Assembly: GCA_963764745.1 (NCBI GenBank)
Contig: CAVXTN010000005.1
Location: forward strand, 422,207 to 486,206
Length of the DNA: 64,000 nucleotides
Reading direction: 5' to 3'
Source: Candidatus Aminicenantes bacterium
GTDB taxonomy: Bacteria > Acidobacteriota > Aminicenantia > UBA2199
The position numbers were made by a program, and so were the translations under genes. Positions 57,008 through 64,000 of the stretch are shown piece after piece; the first letter of the stretch is position 1; each line of letters begins with the position of its first letter. The notes under the pieces were generated by a model. The model saw only the letters and a list, made by a program, of their open reading frames with translations, was not told the DNA's origin and made no database searches.

Positions 57008-57761
57008 TTATTTTTCCTCGTCCGGCGCGGGGCGGCAGCGGCTCTCGGCATACCAGCGCACCTGCTTGCAGAAGCGGTCGAACACGGCCACGTCGGCGTT
57101 GGTCCAGCGGGTGCGGCTCATGGCCCGCTTCAGCGAGCGGTGGAACAGGCCGTTCTCGGGCTCGCGCACCTCCAGGCTCTTCATCAGGTCCCAGATATTG
57201 TCCGTGATGCGCTCGAACGACCGTTTTTCGGCCATGCGCGGCAGTTCCGAGGCGTGGCCGCTTTCATGGACCGCCTTGAATATTTCATAGGTGACCACCA
57301 TCACCGCCTGCGAAAGGTTGAGCGACGGGTAGGTCCCGGCCATGGGGATGCGCACGAAATAGTTGGCCAGTTGGCTTTCGTCGGTGGTCACCCCCTTGTC
57401 CTCGCGGCCGAAGACCACGGCGATCTTTTCACCCGGCAGCGGAAGCGGCGACCTGTTCGGCCGCCTGCGCCGGCGAGAGGAAATCCTTTTTCCACTTGCC
57501 CATTTTGGCCGTGGCCAGGAACACTTTCGAGATGCCCTGCAATGCCTCGGAAAGGCTGGTGAATTCGCGGGCCGCGGTTACGATCTCCTGCGAGCGGTAG
57601 CCCATTTTCCTCTGCTCGACCTCGTCGCGGAAAGGCACGGGGTTGACCAGGCGCAGGCGGGACAGGCCCATGTTCTTCATGGCCCGCACCACCGAGCCGA
57701 TGTTGCCCGCGTTCTTGGGCTCGACCAGGACGATATGGATTCGTTCTAGGATTTCCTTCAT
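57008..57761 (-). CDS. SPOUT RNA methyltransferase, TrmJ/LasT family (frameshift near 57420)
   Basis: IVLVEPKNAGNIGSVVRAMKNMG, VFGREDKG, YPSLNLSQAV. Confidence 0.9.
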
Positions 57762-57897
57762 TTTTTTGTTTGTTGCCTCGGAAGCGCTGAAATTATAGTA
57801 CAAATCCCGCCGGCAGGCAAATGTGTCCGCCGGCTGCCCAGGCGCCGCCCTGAAATTCAGTTGCGCATTGCCGGGGTCGGTGGCTTTTTACAGAGGA

Positions 57898-58824
57898 TCA
57901 CAGATCGAGCTTGATCTGTTCGATTTTGGCCGGGTCGGTCGTTCCCAGGCCGTATTTTTTCTCGGCGATTTTCAGCTGCTCGGGCACGGGCATGGGGGCG
58001 ACCTTTTCCAGGACGCGCTTCGCGTTGATGACGGCGAATGCGGCGCTCTCTACCGCCAGCGGGTCGGTGCCCATGATGATCCCGCCCCAATACCAGGGCA
58101 CGCCGCGTTGATACGAGCCGCGCAGGCCGTTGACGATGTTGAGGATGGTTTTGTTCCTGATGCTGGGCCGGGCGCAGACGCCGGCCAGAAAATCGGGATC
58201 ATTGTGGCACTTTTTCATGTCCTCGGGAACAAGCGAGCCGATATGGTTCTTGAGCAGCAGGCTGACGAGCAGATCGCCGTCAATGCATTTCAGGGAGGCC
58301 AGGTTGATGATCTTGGTGGCGGTGGCGGTAACGATTTTGGTCAGCCGCTCCCGGGAATCGAACCCGTCCTGGTCGGTCCCGGTATAGCGCACGCCGGAAC
58401 CGGAACCGTTGACGGCAAAGTTGCTCTCTTTCATATTTTCGCTAATGTTGTCGTAGACGATGATGTGATCGGCCGAGATGACCGTTTGCAGGCTGAGGCA
58501 GAGGGCAGTCACAAGTTCCGGATGGGGCCTGAGGCCGATGGTCCAATTATCGCTGTTGATCTTGATGGCCACGACATCGCCGGAGCGTAGCCCGAGCGCT
58601 TTCCAGGAGTCGGCAGCGGTTTTTTGCCCTGTAGTGGCCAGCAGCGCCCGGTCGAAAAGGCGGGCGGTCTCCTTGGCGTCGGCCTGGTTGCGCTCGTTGA
58701 TCGCCTTGGCGTTGCGGGCCAGGACGACCCGACTTTTGCCTGCGGCTGACAATTCAGCCGTTGCGCCCAAAACAAATAGCGACAGGATTGAAAACAGTGA
58801 CGCAACCAGCCTGGTTTTGCTCAT
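57898..58824 (-). CDS. DUF362-like protein with signal peptide
   Basis: VVAIKIN, RPHPELV, IINLASLK, LLKNHIG, IVNGLRG, GTDPLAVE. Confidence 0.7.
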   Translation of the reverse strand: MSKTRLVASLFSILSLFVLGATAELSAAGKSRVVLARNAKAINERNQADAKETARLFDRALLATTGQKTAADSWKALGLRSGDVVAIKINSDNWTIGLRPHPELVTALCLSLQTVISADHIIVYDNISENMKESNFAVNGSGSGVRYTGTDQDGFDSRERLTKIVTATATKIINLASLKCIDGDLLVSLLLKNHIGSLVPEDMKKCHNDPDFLAGVCARPSIRNKTILNIVNGLRGSYQRGVPWYWGGIIMGTDPLAVESAAFAVINAKRVLEKVAPMPVPEQLKIAEKKYGLGTTDPAKIEQIKLDL

Positions 58825-59333
58825 TTTTTTTCCTCATCCGGGGATTTTAAAATAGCGGCGGCGAATCGATCCAGGGTTTCCGCGAGACGATCGTCATCCA
58901 CGTGGAGATAGATCAGGCTCTTGTCCAGGACCATATAAATGAAATAATCGGGCGGAAACCGGTAGGCCTTGTTCGCAACAGGGAGCGGCAGGGGCGAGCC
59001 TCCGGCCGGGGCGATACGCTCGTCGGCCAGCGCGGCCAGCGCCTGCGCCGCGGTCTCCATGGTGAAGCGGTCAAAAGTAATGATCCTCTTGCCGGGGTTT
59101 GAAAATTCGCGGTGGACAAGCTTCCGGAAGCCGTGCTCCACATAAACGACGCCGCCGCCATCCATGTAGTTGAAGATGGTGCCGTTGGCCAATTTTTGCT
59201 CGGGGGCTCCGTAGAATTCCCCGCTGCCGCTGGGAACAAAACCACTGGGCAAAGGGTTTTCGGCAGCGGACACGCGGCCAATCGCCAGCAGGGCGCACAG
59301 CAAAAAAACTCCATAACGCATCAATATCCTCAT
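58821..59333 (-). CDS. Secreted hypothetical protein (DUF6599-like)
   Basis: Signal peptide; TIFNYMDGGGVVYVEHGF; 4-bp overlap with the DUF362-like gene. Confidence 0.55.
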   Translation of the reverse strand: MRILMRYGVFLLCALLAIGRVSAAENPLPSGFVPSGSGEFYGAPEQKLANGTIFNYMDGGGVVYVEHGFRKLVHREFSNPGKRIITFDRFTMETAAQALAALADERIAPAGGSPLPLPVANKAYRFPPDYFIYMVLDKSLIYLHVDDDRLAETLDRFAAAILKSPDEEKK

Positions 59334-59373
59334 TTTTAATGAATTTTACGTGTTTCACAGGCAAAAGTTTATC

Positions 59374-59402
59374 TTGACGCCGGCGCCGAAAACCGTTACA
59401 AT
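59374..59402 (+). promoter_or_regulatory. Sigma-70-type promoter of prfB
   Basis: TTGACG-N17-TACAAT; the ATG follows 8 bp later (leaderless-like). Confidence 0.55.
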
Positions 59403-59409
59403 CTCAGGC

Positions 59410-60503
59410 ATGGAACTTGTGCAACTCAAAAGCCTTTTCGTCGAACTGAAGCAGAAAGCCTCCGACCTCAGGGGGTTTCTTTGAAATATCCAAAAAGACC
59501 GAACAGATAAAGGAAATCGACGCCAAGCTGACCGATCCCGCCATCTGGAGCAAGCCCCAGGAAGCGGCCCGCCTGCAGAAAGAACAAGAAGGTCCTGAAC
59601 AGTTTCCTGACCGTGGACTCCAAGCTGGGCTTCGCCATCGAGGAGCTGGAGACCTATTTCCAGCTGATCGACGAGGACCCCGACCTGCTCCCGGAACTGG
59701 AAGAAAAAATGACCCATTTCCAGGAGTACCTCGAGGAGACCGAGGTCAAGCACTACCTCAACGGCGAAAGCGACGCCAGCAACGCTTTTTTAAGCATCCA
59801 CCCCGGCGCCGGCGGCACCGAGAGCCAGGACTGGGCCGAGATCCTGCTGCGCATGTACCTGCGCTTCGGCGAGCGCCTGGGCTTCAAGACCGAGATCACC
59901 GACATCCTGGCCGGCGAGGAAGCGGGCATCAAGAGCGTCACCGTGCGCTACGAGGGCGAATTCGCCTTCGGCTACCTGAAGGAGGAGATCGGCGTGCACC
60001 GCCTGGTGCGCATCTCGCCCTTCGACGCCAACAAGCGCCGGCACACGTCGTTCGCCGCCGTGTTCGTCATCCCCGAGGTGGACGATTCGATCCACATCGA
60101 GATCGACCCCAAGGACCTGCGCATCGACACCTACCGCTCCTCGGGCAAGGGCGGGCAGCACGTCAACCGCACCGATTCGGCCGTGCGCATCACCCACCTG
60201 CCGACCAACACCGTGGCCCAGTGCCAGAGCGAGCGCTCGCAGCACCAGAACAAGGACGCGGCCATGAAAATGCTGCGCTCGCGGCTCTACGACCTGGAGA
60301 TGAAGAAACAGCAGCGCGCCAAGGACAAGATCGAGGACAGCAAGGGCGGCATCGCCTGGGGCAACCAGATCCGCTCCTACGTCCTGCACCCCTACCAGAG
60401 CATCAAGGACCACCGCACCGGCATCGAGCGCGGCGACATCCAGCGCGTCCTGGACGGCGACATCATCGGCTTCATCAAGGAATCACTCAAGCTTCCCAGA
60501 TAA
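59410..60503 (+). CDS. prfB: Peptide chain release factor 2 (programmed +1 frameshift after codon 24, plus artefactual indels)
   Basis: [21 protein letters not shown] (SPF anticodon-mimic), [30 protein letters not shown]. Confidence 0.97.
59470..59485 (+). other. prfB programmed +1 ribosomal frameshift site
   Basis: AGGGGG-TTT-CTT-TGA-A: internal SD, 3-nt spacer, slippery CUU-U and in-frame UGA at codon 25 from ATG 59410. Confidence 0.9.
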
Positions 60504-60507
60504 ATTA

Positions 60508-60605
60508 GTGAAACGTGAAAAGTGAAATGTGAATAGTTAAGAAACTTCCAAGATCTATTTCTTGTTCTGGTTTTTACCTTTCACTTTTCACTTTTTACTT
60601 TTCAC
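60508..60605. repeat. Inverted heptamer tandem array between convergent genes
   Basis: Five GTGAAAA-like units at 60508..60542, a 28-nt spacer, and five reverse-complement TTTTCAC-like units at 60571..60605. Confidence 0.8.
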
Positions 60606-62463
60606 AATAGTTTTACTATATCTTGTACAGATCTTTTCGCCGCCGGAACCAGTCAACACACATACTTCCTTCTTTGACAGAGCGGCGATATCGATCACCA
60701 GACGATCAGCGTTGTCGACCGTGAAACGGTCGCCGGCCTTGGCCACGGTGACCTTGAAGCGGTCGGCACTCCGGCCGGCAGGGTATAGCGGTCGAAATCC
60801 TCCTGCCAAGCCCAAGATGGCCGCGACAGGATCGCCTCGCCCAGGACGCCGGCGGCACCGGCATAGAACAGGGCCCCCTGGCCGTTGCCGCTTTTGTCGG
60901 ACCATTCGAAGATGTTCATGTCCGACAAATTTTTTGCCGACAATTTCTTCCAAATATTTGTCCGCTTCCTTGCGAAAGCCGTATTGATACAGGGCGCTGA
61001 CCAGCCGGCCGCCGATCCAGTCCCATTCGCCGCCGTTCTGGTAGCTCCAGGGCGAGCGCAACAATGGATGGGGAAAAAATCCCTCCGGGTAAGGCGGCAG
61101 CAGGGTGAAGGAGACCGAGCGCAGACCGAGCTGTCTGCGTTTCGCTTCCAGCACGCCCAAAAAGCGGGCGACCTCAGCCTTGTTCATCAGCCCGGCGCGC
61201 ATGGCCTCGGCATTGCCGCCCACGGCCAGGATATCCTTTTCCAGTTCAAAAAAATCCGGGCGTCCGGAGACACGGTGAACCAGGAAATATCCCTGTTCTG
61301 GCAGGTACAGTTGCCGCCGGCTGTCGGCGGCGACGGCCTTTTCCCGCTGCTGCCATTTGTCGGCCAACTCCCGGCGTCCCAGGCGCTCGGCCAGCAGGAC
61401 CATCCGCTGCGCCGCCTGGATGAACATTGCCTGGGTATAGATGGAAAAGGTCCGCCGCGAGCGGTCGGAAAGCTTGGTGGCGCGGGAATCGGCATAGGAT
61501 CTTTCCACGTCGCCCCAGTCGGCGGTGAAGCCGCTCCAGATCAGTCCGCAAGCCCGGTCCCGCTTGCGGTTCCAGACCCACTCCAGTGATTTGTCCAGCC
61601 TGAGCAGACGGGAAATGCCGGCAACCTCGCCGCCGAGCCAGCCGGGGTCGCACAAGGCAAGCTGGTAGGCGGCCAGGACCAGTGAACTCTCCTGGTCGGT
61701 CTCCACCGTATTCTTGTCGCAGCGCCCGGCCGTGTCGACCCAATCCTGGATCTGTCCGTCGGGATTCTGCGCTGGAGAAAAACCGGTCCAGCATTTTTTG
61801 CAGAGCGGGCAAAGGGTAAAAAAAGCGGGCGTAAAACAGCAGGGTAGCGGTGTCGCGGATCCAGATCTGCGGGTAGGTGCTGCCGGCGGCAAAACCGAAA
61901 AGCCCGCCGCCCAGCCGGACCTCATTGTTGCGCAGGACCTGGCGCAAGAGATACTGCTCGCGGTCAAGCCACTCCCGGCCGGTTTCGCAACGGCTGGGCA
62001 GCAGGGCGTCGCGGAAATCGGCCGCGACCAGCGGCAGCAGGCGCAGCTCAAGTGAGCAGGTTCCCCACTTTTTGTCCCGTCCCCAGAATTCCCCTTCGCG
62101 CACCAGGTCCCATTCCAGCCGGTAGGAGCCGGCGGCCATGCCGAAATAAACCGGCAGGGCGAAGCGGGACGTGGAGCCGGGTCTGACGGCAAAGGGCAGG
62201 GAGAAGCGGCGGTTGTCGAAGCGCACCAGCCGCCCGGCCAGGTCGCGCACATGATAGGAAATGAAAAAATTTCCGGCCTGCTCCAGCCGGAAAGCGGAGC
62301 GGTTGCTCACGACAAAGTTTATCAGGACTTTTTCGCCCTGGCGCGCCGTGACCTGGAGGGGCGCGCAGCTGATGCCGACTTCGGCTCCCTGGCGGTCGGA
62401 CAAGAGCAGCAAGATCGAGATAAAAAAGGCCAGGCGCAAGCCGCGACCCCGGGCGCCCATCAT
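60588..62463 (-). CDS. Secreted/membrane-anchored protein: Ig-like N-terminal domain plus six-hairpin glycosidase-like domain (frameshifted)
   Basis: N-terminal TM; YRLEWDLVREGEFW beta domain; YPQIWIRDTA, QIQDW, DWGDVE, SYQNGGEWDW. Confidence 0.65.
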
Positions 62464-63353
62464 CGGCCCTCCCCCAGGCGCGCCTTTTCCCGGAAGAAAT
62501 CGGCCAGGTTCAGTTGCCAGTCGCGCACCTGGAAACCCAGATCGCGCACCGCCTTGCCGCTGTCCAGGGCCGAATAGCGGGGCCGCGCCGCCGCGGTCGG
62601 GAAGGCGGAGGTGGGGATCGCCTCCAGGGGGATCTTTTTGGCGATGAACCCGAATTCCAGCGCCAGATCCATGATGCGCGCGGCGAAATCATGCCAGGAG
62701 ATCACGCCGCCGTCGCAGTAATGGTATATGCCGTAGCGGCCGCTGCCGGACGCGATCAAACCGGCGACGTTTCCGGCCAGGGCCGCGGCGTAGGTCGGAG
62801 AACCGAACTGGTCGTTGACCACGCGCGCTTTCTCTTTCTCCCGGAAAATTTTCAGCATGGTCTGGACGAAATTGGGACCGTAGACGCCATACAGCCAGCT
62901 GATGCGCAGGAGAAAGAACGCCTGGCAACAGGCCGCCAGCCGGGTCTCCCCCTGCCATTTGCTCCAGCCGTAGCGCGAAAGCGGCCGGGGCGGCGCGTCC
63001 TCCGCGTAAGGCTCCTCGCGGTCGCCGGCGAAAACATAATCGCTGGAAAAGTGGATGATCCTGGCTCCCAGCTCGGTCGCCAGCCGGGCCAGGTTTTCCA
63101 CCCCCCCGGCATTGACGGCCAGGGCCCGCTCCGCTTCGCTTTCGGCGCGGTCCACCGCCGTGTAAGCGGCGCAATTGACCAGCCAGCGGACCTGCTTGCC
63201 GCGGGCAAAGTCCTGCAGGTCCCGCGGGCGGCAAATATCCACTTCCAAATCAGTGGCGAAATACGGCCAGCCTCTGTTTTCGAATTCGCGCGCCAGCTGC
63301 CGGCCCAGCATGCCCGCGGCGCCGACCAGCCAGATCCCGGGAGCGGGCTTCAT
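62460..63353 (-). CDS. rfbD: dTDP-4-dehydrorhamnose reductase
   Basis: VGAAGMLG, NCAAYTAVDRAE, SSDYVF, YGWSKWQGE, DQFGSPT, AARPRYSALD. Confidence 0.95.
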   Translation of the reverse strand: MKPAPGIWLVGAAGMLGRQLAREFENRGWPYFATDLEVDICRPRDLQDFARGKQVRWLVNCAAYTAVDRAESEAERALAVNAGGVENLARLATELGARIIHFSSDYVFAGDREEPYAEDAPPRPLSRYGWSKWQGETRLAACCQAFFLLRISWLYGVYGPNFVQTMLKIFREKEKARVVNDQFGSPTYAAALAGNVAGLIASGSGRYGIYHYCDGGVISWHDFAARIMDLALEFGFIAKKIPLEAIPTSAFPTAAARPRYSALDSGKAVRDLGFQVRDWQLNLADFFREKARLGEGR

Positions 63354-63368
63354 GGTGCCGGCGGAGCG

Positions 63369-64000
63369 TCAGGCCCGTTCGTCAGCCACGCGCAGCAAGT
63401 AGTCGCCATAGCCGCTTTTCTGCAGGGGTTCGGCAAGCCGCCTCAGTTGTTGCCTGTCGATCCAGCCATTGTGGAACGCGATCTCCTCCAGGCAGGCGAT
63501 CTTGAGGTCCTGGCGGTCCTCGATGGTCTTGATGAACATGGTGGCATTGACCAGCGACTCGTGGGTGCCGGTGTCGAGCCAGGCGAAACCCCGCCCCAGC
63601 ACCTGCACGCGCAACTTGTCCTTTTCCATGTAGGCGCGGTTGACATCGGTGATTTCCAGCTCGCCGCGCGCCGACGGCTTCAATGAACGCGCAATCGCCG
63701 TGATGTCGCGATCGTAGAAATAGAGACCGACCACGGCGAGGTTGGAGCGGGGCCGGGCGGGTTTTTCCTCGATGGAAACGGCCTTGCCCCCGACGGCGAT
63801 CTCCACCACGCCATAGCGCTCGGGATCCTTGACCGCATAGCCGAAGACGATCGCCCCACCGATAGCGACGGCGTCCGCGGCCTGGTGCAGCATCCCGGTC
63901 AGGCCCTGGCCATAAAAAATATTGTCGCCCAGGATCAGGCAGACGGGTTCGTTGGCGACGAAATCTTCGCCGACCAGGAAGGCGTCGGCCAGGCCGCGCG
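63369..64000 (-). CDS. rfbA: Glucose-1-phosphate thymidylyltransferase, 3' part (5' end beyond window)
   Basis: [52 protein letters not shown]. Confidence 0.96.
   Translation of the reverse strand, partial: RGLADAFLVGEDFVANEPVCLILGDNIFYGQGLTGMLHQAADAVAIGGAIVFGYAVKDPERYGVVEIAVGGKAVSIEEKPARPRSNLAVVGLYFYDRDITAIARSLKPSARGELEITDVNRAYMEKDKLRVQVLGRGFAWLDTGTHESLVNATMFIKTIEDRQDLKIACLEEIAFHNGWIDRQQLRRLAEPLQKSGYGDYLLRVADERA

Noticed and set aside
60508-60605. Heptamer array or REP hairpins as a CRISPR array
   Set aside because: No 25-45-nt repeats with unique spacers and no cas genes.

Overview
A 64-kb bacterial chromosomal segment of moderately high GC. Gene content and style suggest an anaerobic diderm such as Candidatus Aminicenantes (Acidobacteriota); this is inference, not tested. 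Many genes, including essential ones (metG, cysS, coaE, prfB), are split by 1-nt indels, many in homopolymer runs. This points to an unpolished long-read assembly, so I rejoined the fragments into single genes and many end coordinates are approximate. Housekeeping genes: dnaK-like, metG, rplS, rnhB, htpG, coaE, cysS, trmJ-like, prfB (with its genuine programmed +1 frameshift), rfbD and partial rfbA. A TPR-rich signalling region contains a large TPR protein, a giant sigma-54 activator, a PilZ protein, and an atypical Clp ATPase with a degenerate first ATPase ring transcribed divergently from a membrane TPR-like Ser/Thr kinase. An amino-acid catabolic operon ends in hutH. A ~14-kb accessory stretch carries a methyltransferase/FeS-flavoprotein/reductase operon, ada-osmC, a membrane LuxR regulator with a duplicated 40-bp upstream motif plus a deleted second luxR copy, and secreted hydrolases. 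A second ammonia-lyase has Ala-Cys-Gly in place of Ala-Ser-Gly. An ECF sigma operon encodes two secreted proteins that share one domain. Non-coding elements include GTAG-type REP hairpins, a 75-bp local duplication and an inverted heptamer array. I found no rRNA, tRNA, CRISPR array, integrase or transposase by eye.
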